Assembly: GCA_012959765.1 (NCBI GenBank)
Contig: DUCO01000049.1
Span: 94,949-158,948, forward strand
DNA: 64,000 bases
Origin: Dehalococcoidia bacterium
GTDB taxonomy: Bacteria; Chloroflexota; Dehalococcoidia; Lucifugimonadales; Lucifugimonadaceae
Reading direction: 5' to 3'
The translations under genes and the position numbers were made by a program. How positions within the stretch are numbered: position 1 is the first letter of the stretch; each line of letters starts with the position of its first letter. Below, piece after piece: positions 26,608 through 36,473 of the stretch. The notes under the pieces were generated by a model. The model did no database searches. It was not told where the DNA came from and was given only the letters and a program-made list of their open reading frames with translations.

Positions 26608-27543
26608 ATGCGCATACTAGTTTCGGGTGGTTCTGGGATGGTTGGTAGTGAACTGATCAACACCCTTGCTTACGATGGCCATCAGGTCGTCCAACTAGTA
26701 AGGCGCGCGGTGAACCCCGAAGCTCGCATCTCCGAGTTCGCATGGGACCCCGATCACGGCGCGTTCGATTCACGAATGCTGGGGCGAATCGACGCCGCTA
26801 TACATCTGGGTGGTGTGTCGATCGCCGGAGGACGCTGGAGCTCAGAACGCAAGCTTCTCATCCGGGAAAGTCGCGTTCGCTCCACTCGACTCCTGTCACA
26901 GGCGCTGGCCGGGCTAAACGACCCGCCTTCGGTGTTAATCGTCGCTTCGGCTGTCGGCTTTTACGGGGATCGAGGTGAGGAACCGCTTACTGAAGAATCA
27001 CCTCCCGGAGAAGGATTTCTTGCCGATACCGCGGTTCGATGGGAAGCTGCTGCTGACACCGCACGAGAAGCTGGGATACGAGTTGTTAACGCTCGATTCG
27101 GGCTAATAATGTCCCGAAAAGGCGGCTTACTAAACAGGATGAAAATCCCGTTCCAAACTGCTCTCGGTGGAAAGCTAGGGAGCGGGCGCCAGTGGTGGCC
27201 CTGGATTTCACTTCCCGACGTTATAAACGGACTTTCCTACCTGATTGGCAACGAACAGTTATCGGGTCCGGTGAACTTCACTGCTCCTACACCTGTGCGC
27301 AACGAAGAGTTCACAAAGCTGATGGCGAAAACTCTCTCACGTCCAGCGTGGTTCGGCGTTCCTTCACCGGTGATCAAGTTCATTTTCGGTGAGATGGGCA
27401 GTGAAATGATGCTCTACAGCCAGAGGGCGTTCCCCGAAAAACTACGGGCAGTGGGATTCGAATGGCTATTTGAAGATCTGGACGAAGTGCTTCACGAAGA
27501 ACTGGTCGCTGCACGCTCCGACAGATGGGGCGGTACTTCCTAG
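26608..27543 (+). CDS. TIGR01777/YfcH-type NAD-dependent epimerase-like protein (with DUF1731 C-terminus)
   Basis: MRILVSGGSGMVGSEL Rossmann N-terminus and an overall YfcH-like layout. Confidence 0.8.
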   Translation: MRILVSGGSGMVGSELINTLAYDGHQVVQLVRRAVNPEARISEFAWDPDHGAFDSRMLGRIDAAIHLGGVSIAGGRWSSERKLLIRESRVRSTRLLSQALAGLNDPPSVLIVASAVGFYGDRGEEPLTEESPPGEGFLADTAVRWEAAADTAREAGIRVVNARFGLIMSRKGGLLNRMKIPFQTALGGKLGSGRQWWPWISLPDVINGLSYLIGNEQLSGPVNFTAPTPVRNEEFTKLMAKTLSRPAWFGVPSPVIKFIFGEMGSEMMLYSQRAFPEKLRAVGFEWLFEDLDEVLHEELVAARSDRWGGTS

Positions 27544-27589
27544 CGTTGTGGCTGCTCCGCTTCCTGAGAGGAGTGACCAAAACCCGAAT

Positions 27590-30268
27590 CTAGGCTTCAG
27601 CCATCATCTGGCGCAGCACGTAAGGCAACAGCCCACCATTGCTGTAGTACTCATTCTCGATTGCAGTGTCGATTCGAACTAGCGTCTCAAACTCTGTGAC
27701 CTTGCCATCCGTTGATGTGGCAGTCACCGTAATCGTCGACCCTGGTTCAACCGAATTGGCAACACCCGGAATATCAAACGTTTCTGTGCCATCAAGACCC
27801 AGCAAATCAGCGTTGTCACCATTCGTGAAAACGAGAGGCAACACACCCATGCCGATCAAGTTCGAACGGTGAATTCGTTCAAAGCTTTCGGCAATCGCAG
27901 CCCGAACACCCAGAAGCATCGGCCCCTTGGCGGCCCAATCTCGTGAGCTACCGGTACCATACTCCTTGCCAGCAAGAACGATTAGCGGAACGCCCTCGGC
28001 CTTGTACTTCTCAGCTGCGTCGTATATTCGCATCTGCTCGCCATCGGGCAGGTGAATCGTCCAGTCGCCTTCCATATCGGGAGTCAACTTGTTGCGTAAT
28101 CGGATGTTTCCGAACGTGCCCCGAACCATCACGTCGTGATTTCCTCGACGCGAGCCGTACGAATTGAACTCTCGCCTTGGAACATCGCTACCAACGAGGA
28201 ACTGCCCTGCTGGCGTACTCGGTGGAATCGGACCTGCTGGCGAAATGTGATCGGTAGTAACCGAATCGCCAAATCCCACAAGCACATGAGCACCGGTTAT
28301 TTCAGATCGAACTGCCGGCACATCACCAAAGTCATCAAAATACGGCGGCTCCTGAATGTAGCTCGACTCTCGATCCCAGTTGAAGTTGAGACCGCTCGGC
28401 GCAGGAAGTGCCTGCCACTCGGCCGACCCGTCAAAAACCGGGGCGTACTGTTCCTTGAACATATCGGCAGTAAGCGACTTAGCGATCGTTTCGGCAATAT
28501 CCGACTGCGACGGCCAGATATCTTTCAAGAACACATCTTCGCCCTGCTGATCCTGCCCGATTGCTTCGTGAATTAGATCGGTATCGACCCGTCCGGCTAT
28601 CGAGTAGGCAACCACCAGCACCGGTGATGCCAGGTAATTGGCCTTCACCTGCGGGTGTATCCGACCCTCAAAGTTTCGGTTTCCACTCACAACAGCAGCG
28701 GCGGTCAGATCATGGTCGTTCACTGCATCAGAAACCTGCTGTGGAAGCGGTCCGGAGTTGCCAATACACGTTGTGCAGCCATAACCAACAGTGTTGAAGC
28801 CAAGTGCGTCGAGGTCTTCGTTCAACCCTGCTGCCTCAAGATAGCGAGTAACGACCGTCGACCCGGGTGCAAGGCTTGTCTTCACCCACGGCTTGCTGGT
28901 CAGTCCGCGCTTGCGGGCGTTTCGGGCAAGTAACCCGGCACCGACCATCACCGACGGGTTCGATGTGTTCGTGCAGCTCGTGATAGCAGCAATAACAACT
29001 GAACCATCGCCAACAGCTCCCGGTGCACCCTCAATTTCGACGTCGTGCTTATCGTCTGAAGCATCGGCAAATGATGAACTGAAGTTCGTGCTCACCTCAT
29101 CGAGAGCAAGTCGATCCTGCGGTCGCTTCGGGCCCGCCATGGCGGGAATTGTGGTGGCAAGATCGAAGTCGAGTGAGACGGTGTACTCAGGATCGACTGC
29201 GGGATCGTAGAAGAATGAGTTCGCTTTGGCGTACTTCTCTGTGCGCTCCACAACCGCATCATCTCGACCTGTGTCTCGCATGTACTTCAGCGTCTGGTCG
29301 TCGATCGGGAAGAATCCACAGGTTGCGCCATATTCGGGAGCCATGTTTGCGATAGTGGCTCGATCTGCCAGTGGCAGGTTTTCGAGTGCCGGTCCGTAAA
29401 ACTCAACGAACTTCTCGACAACGCCCTCTTTGCGAAGCAACTCGACAATGCTCAGCACGAGGTCGGTTGCAGTTGCGCCTTCTGGCAGGTTTCCGGTAAG
29501 TCGCACACCAACCACTTCTGGCACAACCATGTAGTAGGGCTGGCCAAGCATTACGGCCTCGGCTTCTATCCCGCCTACGCCCCAGCCGAGTACACCCAAA
29601 CCGTTCACCATCGTGGTGTGTGAGTCGGTGCCAATACAGTTGTCGGGGAAAACAATCCTGCTGCCATCAGCACCCTCTTCTTCGAGTACTGCTTCAGCCA
29701 GGAACTCGAGGTTCACCTGGTGAACAATTCCAGCTCCGGGCGGAATGATTTTTAAATTATTGAACGCACCCTGCGCCCATTTGAGCAACTGGTAGCGTTC
29801 GGTGTTTCGTTCAAACTCACGCTCGATGTTCATCGCCAGTGCGCCAGCGTTCGAGAAGTAGTCCACCTGCACCGAGTGGTCGATAACCATGTCGGACCGA
29901 ACAATCGGGTTGATGATCGAAGAATCTCCCCCTGCGTTAGTCACAGCGTCTCGCATTGCAGCGATGTCGACAACCACTGGAACCCCGGTGAAATCTTGCA
30001 GCACTACTCGACCCGGCATGTAGGGAAATTCGCTGGCTGGCTTGGCATCGGGTCGCCACGAAGCGACAAGCTTTACGTGATCGTCGGTAGCAGGGCCGCC
30101 GTCTGCTTTGCGCAGGGCGTTTTCCAGCAGCACCCTGATCGAATACGGGGTTTTGGCGATATCGACCAACCCGGCGTCTTCTAACACCGATATGTCGTAG
30201 TAGTTGACCTCGCCGCTTGTGGTTTCGAATGATCGCTTTGCGTCGAATGAAGTTGATTCAGGTGACAT
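27590..30268 (-). CDS. acnA: aconitate hydratase A
   Basis: Full-length aconitase similarity (..IGTDSHTTM.., ..CTNTSNPSV.., ..GCTTCIGNSG..). Start taken at the internal ATG (MSPESTSFDA..), which gives 892 aa. Confidence 0.9.
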   Translation of the reverse strand: MSPESTSFDAKRSFETTSGEVNYYDISVLEDAGLVDIAKTPYSIRVLLENALRKADGGPATDDHVKLVASWRPDAKPASEFPYMPGRVVLQDFTGVPVVVDIAAMRDAVTNAGGDSSIINPIVRSDMVIDHSVQVDYFSNAGALAMNIEREFERNTERYQLLKWAQGAFNNLKIIPPGAGIVHQVNLEFLAEAVLEEEGADGSRIVFPDNCIGTDSHTTMVNGLGVLGWGVGGIEAEAVMLGQPYYMVVPEVVGVRLTGNLPEGATATDLVLSIVELLRKEGVVEKFVEFYGPALENLPLADRATIANMAPEYGATCGFFPIDDQTLKYMRDTGRDDAVVERTEKYAKANSFFYDPAVDPEYTVSLDFDLATTIPAMAGPKRPQDRLALDEVSTNFSSSFADASDDKHDVEIEGAPGAVGDGSVVIAAITSCTNTSNPSVMVGAGLLARNARKRGLTSKPWVKTSLAPGSTVVTRYLEAAGLNEDLDALGFNTVGYGCTTCIGNSGPLPQQVSDAVNDHDLTAAAVVSGNRNFEGRIHPQVKANYLASPVLVVAYSIAGRVDTDLIHEAIGQDQQGEDVFLKDIWPSQSDIAETIAKSLTADMFKEQYAPVFDGSAEWQALPAPSGLNFNWDRESSYIQEPPYFDDFGDVPAVRSEITGAHVLVGFGDSVTTDHISPAGPIPPSTPAGQFLVGSDVPRREFNSYGSRRGNHDVMVRGTFGNIRLRNKLTPDMEGDWTIHLPDGEQMRIYDAAEKYKAEGVPLIVLAGKEYGTGSSRDWAAKGPMLLGVRAAIAESFERIHRSNLIGMGVLPLVFTNGDNADLLGLDGTETFDIPGVANSVEPGSTITVTATSTDGKVTEFETLVRIDTAIENEYYSNGGLLPYVLRQMMAEA

Positions 30269-30467
30269 ATTTCGTTTGCTGCTCTTACCGAAGGGTTCCA
30301 ATAATTCGAAGTGGTTGGCCCGAGATGCCTCGCTTGCGGGGCGAACAACGCCCACAGACCGAACATTTCGGGTCACCACTCTATCAGTGGCAATAGCGTT
30401 TTCTGAGCAACATTTTCCCCAGACCGGCTGCTAGCATCCATGCTTCGCAACCAAGCACGCAGGCCAA

Positions 30468-31784
30468 ATGACAAACACGCCCAGCACATCAACCGATCCA
30501 AGAATCGCACTGGTACGCGTAACACCGTTCTTTTATGGATGGGCGATCGTGGTTGCGGCTGGCTCGACGGTGTTCGTTCGCAACGCCGCTGCCACCCTGA
30601 CTATCGCAGTGTTCGTCTTCCCGATGAGCGAAGATTTGGGCTGGAGCCGAACTCTCATCGTGGGCGCGGCAGCAGCTGCGGGCGTCGTTTCGATGTTCGT
30701 GTCACCACTCGCAGGCTGGATTCTCCAGCGATGGGGTGCGCGTGTGTTGATGGCCACTTCAGTGATCCTGCTGGGAGCGGTAATTCTCTCGCTACGCTGG
30801 ACCGCCAGTCCCATCACGTTCTATCTGCTGTTCGGTACTGGAAGACTTATGTTCCAGGCGCCGTTGCAAATCGGTGGTTCAACCGCCGTAGCACAGTGGT
30901 TTGTGCGCCTGCGAGGCCGCTCTTCCTCAATGCTCGGTGTGTCTCATTCGCTTGGCATGGGGCTGTTCCCGCTCTTCGCCCAGCTGTTCATGAACGCGAA
31001 TAACGGCGACTGGCGCATGGCGTGGTTCTGGATGGGCATCAGCGTGTGGGTCATAGCGCTCCCGCTCACGCTGCTCGTATTTGTAAACAAGCCCGAAGAC
31101 GTTGGACTGACACCCGACGGCGATGCACCTGATTCCGGTTCGTCTGATGGCGATGAACAAGGCGCAGCTTCTGGCAAAACAGCCGCTGAGCAAGAAGAAC
31201 AGTGGACACTTAAAGAAGCGATGCGCACGCCTACCTTGTGGACTCTTGCGTTAGTCGGAGGGCTGGTATTTTTCATTCACACCGGCGTCAATATTCACCA
31301 GGCAGCGTTCTTGCGTGACCATGACATCAGTGCGTCGATCGCGGCGTCTGCTCTAACGGTGATGGCTCTGGGTACAGCGATCGGAAGCATCCTGTGGGGC
31401 AACCTGCTCGATCGCTTCCCGGTGAAGATCGTCTACTCAGCCACCGCAGGCTGGCTCGGTGGCATGGCGCTGCTGTTCCTGCTCGTTGATTCAGAAGTGA
31501 TGGCGTTCACAGTAGCTTTACTCTTCGGTATCGGTCTCGGTGGGTTACTCGTGGTTCCGCCGGTTGCAATGGCTCACTATTTTGGGCGAAATTCACTTGG
31601 CGCAATTCGAGGTGCGACCGAACCGTTTGTCAGCGGTGGACAGGCACTTGGGGCAATCGGCGCCGGGCTGATATTCGACTACTCAGGTTCATACTCGGCT
31701 ACGTTCCCCACATTCACCGTCGCAGCCATCATTGCGATCATTCTGCTCATCTTCACCAGACGGCCTAAAAAGAAGACCAGCTAG
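30468..31784 (+). CDS. MFS transporter
   Basis: 438-aa ORF with 12 predicted helices and an acidic central loop. Confidence 0.8.
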   Translation: MTNTPSTSTDPRIALVRVTPFFYGWAIVVAAGSTVFVRNAAATLTIAVFVFPMSEDLGWSRTLIVGAAAAAGVVSMFVSPLAGWILQRWGARVLMATSVILLGAVILSLRWTASPITFYLLFGTGRLMFQAPLQIGGSTAVAQWFVRLRGRSSSMLGVSHSLGMGLFPLFAQLFMNANNGDWRMAWFWMGISVWVIALPLTLLVFVNKPEDVGLTPDGDAPDSGSSDGDEQGAASGKTAAEQEEQWTLKEAMRTPTLWTLALVGGLVFFIHTGVNIHQAAFLRDHDISASIAASALTVMALGTAIGSILWGNLLDRFPVKIVYSATAGWLGGMALLFLLVDSEVMAFTVALLFGIGLGGLLVVPPVAMAHYFGRNSLGAIRGATEPFVSGGQALGAIGAGLIFDYSGSYSATFPTFTVAAIIAIILLIFTRRPKKKTS

Positions 31785-31849
31785 CCGGTTGCGAAGATGC
31801 GATTCGGCAGCTAATCTCGCCTCGATAATGAAAGGCAACGGTATCTCGA

Positions 31850-32359
31850 TTGATCAATGGCGTTCTTCATCCCAAAAACGTGGTGGCACAGCTCGTACAG
31901 CAGGGTGTTTCGCACTACGTAACACTCCCCGATTCTGAAACGGCGCACATGTACGCAGCGTTGATGGCCGAACCATCGATAACGATCGTGCCGGTTTCCC
32001 GTGAAGGCGAAGCTATTCCGGTGGCAGCAGGATTGTTCGTTGCGGGCCAGAATCCCGTGATTTCTATTCAGAATGCAGGCCTGTACGAAGCCGGAGACGC
32101 ACTTCGAGGTCTTGCACTGGGAATCGGACTGCCACTGGTGATGTTCATCGGCTACCGGGGTCACAACCGCAAAGGCGACACCCCTGATTCCGCAGCAACG
32201 TTCTTGGAGCCGTACCTGCACATGTGGCGGGTCGACTATCTGGTAATCGAATCGGATGACGACCTCGATCGAGTTCCGCTGGCGTTCGAACGGGCGGCAA
32301 AGACGAACCAGCCCTTCGCAGTTGCGATCGGCACCGAATATGCGAAAGGTGATGAGTAA
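31850..32359 (+). CDS. ThDP-dependent sulfopyruvate/phosphonopyruvate decarboxylase, alpha subunit-like
   Basis: ..VSHYVTLPDSETAHMY..VSREGEAIPVAAG..SIQNAGL.. resembles the ComD N-terminal pyrimidine-binding half. Its stop overlaps the next start (TAATG). Confidence 0.7.
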   Translation: MINGVLHPKNVVAQLVQQGVSHYVTLPDSETAHMYAALMAEPSITIVPVSREGEAIPVAAGLFVAGQNPVISIQNAGLYEAGDALRGLALGIGLPLVMFIGYRGHNRKGDTPDSAATFLEPYLHMWRVDYLVIESDDDLDRVPLAFERAAKTNQPFAVAIGTEYAKGDE

Positions 32360-32967
32360 TGATCACCTACGCAGATGCTTGCCGAGTGATCAACGATTCG
32401 CGTGGTGAAGCGGTCAGTGTCTCGACGATGACACAGACTAAGTATTGGAATCAGATATCTAGCGAACCGGATCTGGACGTTGGGATAGCGAACGCCATGT
32501 CGAAGGCCTCGTCTGTCGCACTTGGGGTTGCGCTGGGTGATCCCGAGCGACCCGTCATTTGCCTCGACTCGGATGGCTCGTTGCTGATGAACTTCGGGAC
32601 GCTTGCGACTATCGCCGGGATGGCACCTAAAAATCTGTACCACTTCGTGTTCAACAACGGCATTTATTCAGTCACAGGTGGGCAACCGCTTCCGGCGCCG
32701 GGAGTCGAGTACGCAAAAGCAGCCGATGCCTGTGGATATGCGTCAGTACACCGTTTCGACGATGTTGAGTCGCTCGACAGTGCCCTGCCCGACATTCTTG
32801 CGAGCGATGGCCCCGTGTTGATCGAAATTATCGTTAATGGCGAGCCGCAAACCGAGGGCGTCGATCAGACCTGGGAATCGAACGCACGCTTGCCACAGCA
32901 GTTGCGTGCACTTCGGAAGAGGCTAACTGGAACCGACGACTGGGGACCCGGCGGGCCGTACATTTAG
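32359..32967 (+). CDS. ThDP-dependent sulfopyruvate/phosphonopyruvate decarboxylase, beta subunit-like
   Basis: ThDP/Mg motif region ..ICLDSDGSLLMNFGTLATI..FNNGIYSVTGGQ.. Confidence 0.7.
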   Translation: MITYADACRVINDSRGEAVSVSTMTQTKYWNQISSEPDLDVGIANAMSKASSVALGVALGDPERPVICLDSDGSLLMNFGTLATIAGMAPKNLYHFVFNNGIYSVTGGQPLPAPGVEYAKAADACGYASVHRFDDVESLDSALPDILASDGPVLIEIIVNGEPQTEGVDQTWESNARLPQQLRALRKRLTGTDDWGPGGPYI

Positions 32968-33017
32968 GCCGGCTAGGCCGGCGAAAAAACCAGGCGGAAA
33001 AGAACAGAAAACGCCCG

Positions 33018-33308
33018 TTACTTCTCGTCGGCGTCGCGTTTTCGACGTTTTGGTCGAGCCCTTGCGACTATCAGTCCGAACAGTCCAGCGATAGCTAACA
33101 GATAATCAGCACCTGCGACCACACCGCCAACGGCTTCTTCCCCGCCGGTCGGCACGTTGCAGCCAAACACGGTTAGCGCCGGTTTAGGAGCCAGTGAGGC
33201 TTCTGCTGCTGCTTCTTCTTCAAGATCGTCGTCAGCTCGCATTGCTGCAACTGTCGCCGCAATTTCATCATCGGTTATTACGTCGTATTCGCCGTCAGAA
33301 TCGCTCAT
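33018..33308 (-). CDS. hypothetical acidic protein with C-terminal membrane anchor and basic tail
   Basis: 96 aa. The N-terminal half is D/E-rich, followed by ..NVPTGGEEAVGG-VVAGADYLLAIAGLFGLIVA-RARPKRRKRD. A GAGGA motif lies upstream. Confidence 0.35.
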   Translation of the reverse strand: MSDSDGEYDVITDDEIAATVAAMRADDDLEEEAAAEASLAPKPALTVFGCNVPTGGEEAVGGVVAGADYLLAIAGLFGLIVARARPKRRKRDADEK

Positions 33309-33346
33309 TTAATTCCTCATGAAAACGTGGCAATGCCACCCGGCAT

Positions 33347-34147
33347 TTAAAGCGCCGCTCCGCCGTCCACCGTGATCATTGATCCGGTGATCATCGCCGC
33401 ATCATCCGTGGCGGCGAACATAAACGCATTCGCGATGTCTTCCGGCTGCTGCAATCTACCCAGTGGCGTATTGTTCAGCCGACGTTCGAAGTTCTCGGGA
33501 TTATCGATACTCGTCTCCCAGCTGTTGGGACTGTGCTCGTTGTTGCCACGAATGAACGGCGTATCGACGTGACCGGGCGAGATAATGACGCAGCGAATGT
33601 TGTCTTTGGCGAACGAATGGGCAGCGGAGCGAGTTAGACCGACCATCGCCATCTTCTGTGCCGCGTAGCCAGGGCTTCCGCCACCGGGTCGAATCGACGC
33701 CAGCGAGCCCATATTCAAAATAACGCCAACGCCCGCTTTGCGCATGGACGGCACGACGGCTTGAATCCCAAGGAACGACCCGTTGAGCCCGACTTCCATG
33801 ATGAGCCGGAACTGCTCTTCGGTCTGCTCCTCGAATCCAACCCTGAAGTTTGCCCCAGCGTTGTTGCACAGCAAACTCACCGGCCCCAGCTCGGATTCCG
33901 TTCGGACAACCACTTCAGCCCATGCGTCAGCGCTTCGCACGTCGAGCTCGACAGCTATCGCTCTCCCGCCCGCCTTAGTGATCTGAGTAGCCACTTCCTC
34001 GGCAGCTTCCAGGCGATTGTCGGCAACACACACCGCCGATCCCTCAGCAGCGAACAGGCGTGCCTGAGCACCACCCATTCCGCCGCCACCGCCTGTGATG
34101 ATCGCCACTTTGCCTTTGAGCCGTCCGTTTGGTTCTGTTGTTGCCAT
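33347..34147 (-). CDS. short-chain dehydrogenase/reductase
   Basis: TGGGGGMGGA, NNAG and Y..QK catalytic blocks. Confidence 0.85.
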   Translation of the reverse strand: MATTEPNGRLKGKVAIITGGGGGMGGAQARLFAAEGSAVCVADNRLEAAEEVATQITKAGGRAIAVELDVRSADAWAEVVVRTESELGPVSLLCNNAGANFRVGFEEQTEEQFRLIMEVGLNGSFLGIQAVVPSMRKAGVGVILNMGSLASIRPGGGSPGYAAQKMAMVGLTRSAAHSFAKDNIRCVIISPGHVDTPFIRGNNEHSPNSWETSIDNPENFERRLNNTPLGRLQQPEDIANAFMFAATDDAAMITGSMITVDGGAAL

Positions 34148-34152
34148 ATTGA

Positions 34153-35298
34153 TTACCCCAACACCAATCCGCCGTCGGCACTGCGTGACGATTCACCAGT
34201 GCCAGCGTCATACGGGTGTTTTGCCATTTCCTCGACGTTTATGTCGATGCCCAGACCCGGTGCTTCCGACGGGATGAAATACCCGTCCACCACAGGAGAA
34301 ACGTTCGAAACGATGTCTTCCCTGAACGTCCCGACTTCAGGATTGAATTCGTTCACATTCCAGTTCGGAGTCGCCGTGGCGATGTGAGTATTAGCCATGT
34401 TGGCGATCGGCCCCAAAAAGTGATGCGGCGCCATCTTGATGTGGAAGCTTTCGGCCATCGCAGCGATCTTCTTCACATGGGTGAACCCGCCCGCAAGACC
34501 GATATCGGGCTTCAGGAAGCTCACACCCGGCAGCGTGCAGTATTCGCGGAACTCCCACAGCGTGTTGTTCCGCTCACCGATTGCCAGCGGAATCTTGACC
34601 TTATCGCCAACGCCGCCCATCGACATCACCGAATCGGGTGCGATGGGGTCTTCGTAGAAATACGGCAGGAACTTTTCGATCTGCTGGGCGAATACGACTG
34701 ATGATCCGGGGAACATGTTTCGGTGAATTTCGATCCCAATGTCGAAGTCCCAGCCAACTTCTTCTCGCACCGCTTCGACTATTGCCGTGTTTTGCCGAAT
34801 CAGATCGCCGTGAGCCAGCTCGCCCCAGTTGTTCGGGAACGGCGTCATCTTGAGTGCGGTGTAGCCATCGTTCTTGGCCATACGAGCCGCTTTAGCGAAG
34901 CTTTCGGGAGTCGATAGCGGACCCACCGAGTCGCTGTAGGAGCCAAGTAGAACAATCGCCCGGACTTTGTCTCGAACCTTGCCACCTAGAAGATCCCAGA
35001 CCGGCGCGCCAAACCGCTTGCCTTTGATGTCCCACAACGCAATGTCGATCGCCGACAGCACGGCCGTAATCGCCGGACTGCGGAACGAGTACTTGCGATA
35101 GGCGGTGTTCCAGATGCGGTCGACATCACGAGGGTCAAGCCCTCGAATGTCGTCTTCAATCCGGTGCGCAATCACCTCGGTGGCGTCTGCGTAGCTCCAG
35201 AAGTTGCCCTCGCCAACGCCGTAGGTGCCATCGTCGCAGGTGACTCGAACGGTCAACCACCTGAATACCAGCCAGGTCTCAATTTTTTCAATTTTCAT
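34153..35298 (-). CDS. enolase-superfamily dehydratase (D-galactonate/D-mannonate dehydratase-like subgroup)
   Basis: MKIEKIETW.., ..DIALWDIKGK.., IEIHRN, YEDP and IGERN blocks. Confidence 0.85.
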   Translation of the reverse strand: MKIEKIETWLVFRWLTVRVTCDDGTYGVGEGNFWSYADATEVIAHRIEDDIRGLDPRDVDRIWNTAYRKYSFRSPAITAVLSAIDIALWDIKGKRFGAPVWDLLGGKVRDKVRAIVLLGSYSDSVGPLSTPESFAKAARMAKNDGYTALKMTPFPNNWGELAHGDLIRQNTAIVEAVREEVGWDFDIGIEIHRNMFPGSSVVFAQQIEKFLPYFYEDPIAPDSVMSMGGVGDKVKIPLAIGERNNTLWEFREYCTLPGVSFLKPDIGLAGGFTHVKKIAAMAESFHIKMAPHHFLGPIANMANTHIATATPNWNVNEFNPEVGTFREDIVSNVSPVVDGYFIPSEAPGLGIDINVEEMAKHPYDAGTGESSRSADGGLVLG

Positions 35299-35317
35299 TT
35301 GTTATTCCGTGATATTG

Positions 35318-35355
35318 CCCCCTCTCCATGGGGAGAGGGTTGGGGTGAGGGAGAA
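35318..35355 (+). repeat. REP-like hairpin repeat, copy D
   Basis: CCCCCTCTCCATGGGGAGAGGGTTGGGGTGAGGGAGAA. Confidence 0.8.
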
Positions 35356-35426
35356 GCTTTGATAAAGAAATTTGCTATCGATGGCTTTGCCCGCAGTTTC
35401 GATAGCTCAGTCCCTAACTGGAAACT

Positions 35427-35462
35427 TTCTCCCTCAACCTAACCTTCTCCCCAGAGAGAAGG
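35427..35462 (-). repeat. REP-like hairpin repeat, copy E (variant, inverted)
   Basis: TTCTCCCTCAACCTAACCTTCTCCCCAGAGAGAAGG forms an inverted pair with copy D. An inner hairpin GCTATCGA..TCGATAGC lies between them. Confidence 0.7.
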
Positions 35463-35480
35463 AATTTACCTAAATCATTG

Positions 35481-36473
35481 CTACTTATGCAGCCCATACA
35501 AACTCGTGTCAGTTACCGTTTCAATTAGCGACTGGATGTAGCCGTTGGCGAACGCCTTTGCACGGTGCCCGTACGCCGTATCGCCGATAGTCATCGGAAC
35601 GTGATCGTCCATGAAGAAGCCATCGAAACCGTTCTCAGCGTAAATGCGTATCGCCCGGTACATATCGACGTGGCCCTTGTTCACAAACGTCTCGTGGAAC
35701 TTCGGCACGGTGCCAGCGACGTTACGGAAGTGAACATACAAAACACGTTCACGCTTCACGAAATATTCGATCATGTCGTAGATGCTCTCGCCGTTGTCCC
35801 GATCGGCACCCGCCATCTGAGAGAACGATCCCTGGCAAAGCAGAATCGAGTTGTACGGGCTGTCGACAATGTCGATCAATCGCTTGTAATTCTCGAAGTT
35901 GAACACCAGTTGCGGAACGCCACCAATCACCTCCATCGGAGGATCGACCGGGTGAATCCCGAGTTTCACGCCATACATTTCGGCTACCGGAGTCGCCTCT
36001 TTGACCCAGGTCTCAAGACATTCCCACGCCCGGGCCAGTGATAGACCCCAGTCGATAACGCTCGGCCAGTGCTCAAGCTCGGCATCGTAGGCAGTGCCAA
36101 GCGCACCCCAACCGATATCGATATGACCCGTGCGGTAGAACCGCGGGTATCGCCAGCTCATGGTGTACATCGGGATACCGGCATTACCGATGTTCTTGAT
36201 AGTTTCGAGCATGTTCGAGAGCTGCTCGTCGAAGCGAGGTCCGCCAGCGATCATGTGGTGCCGCATATCGATCGGCGTATTCTCAATCGCCGTCAGTTCC
36301 AGTCCCCACTCGTTGACACCGTTCTTCAGTCCAACAAGATCGCCGAGCTCCCAGACTCCGTTTCGCACGGCCACGGGGGGAGTGTTCAGCACAACATCCT
36401 GCACGCCAAGCTGCGCCATGAAGCGCAGGGCTTCCCTGTTTGCGGAGCTGTTGAGGCCCATTCCGATCCTCAT
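35481..36473 (-). CDS. UxuA-like (mannonate dehydratase family) protein
   Basis: ..LYVHFRNVAGTVPKFHETFVNKGHVDMYRAI..FFMDDHVP..FANGYIQ.. are UxuA family C-terminal blocks. Confidence 0.75.
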   Translation of the reverse strand: MRIGMGLNSSANREALRFMAQLGVQDVVLNTPPVAVRNGVWELGDLVGLKNGVNEWGLELTAIENTPIDMRHHMIAGGPRFDEQLSNMLETIKNIGNAGIPMYTMSWRYPRFYRTGHIDIGWGALGTAYDAELEHWPSVIDWGLSLARAWECLETWVKEATPVAEMYGVKLGIHPVDPPMEVIGGVPQLVFNFENYKRLIDIVDSPYNSILLCQGSFSQMAGADRDNGESIYDMIEYFVKRERVLYVHFRNVAGTVPKFHETFVNKGHVDMYRAIRIYAENGFDGFFMDDHVPMTIGDTAYGHRAKAFANGYIQSLIETVTDTSLYGLHK

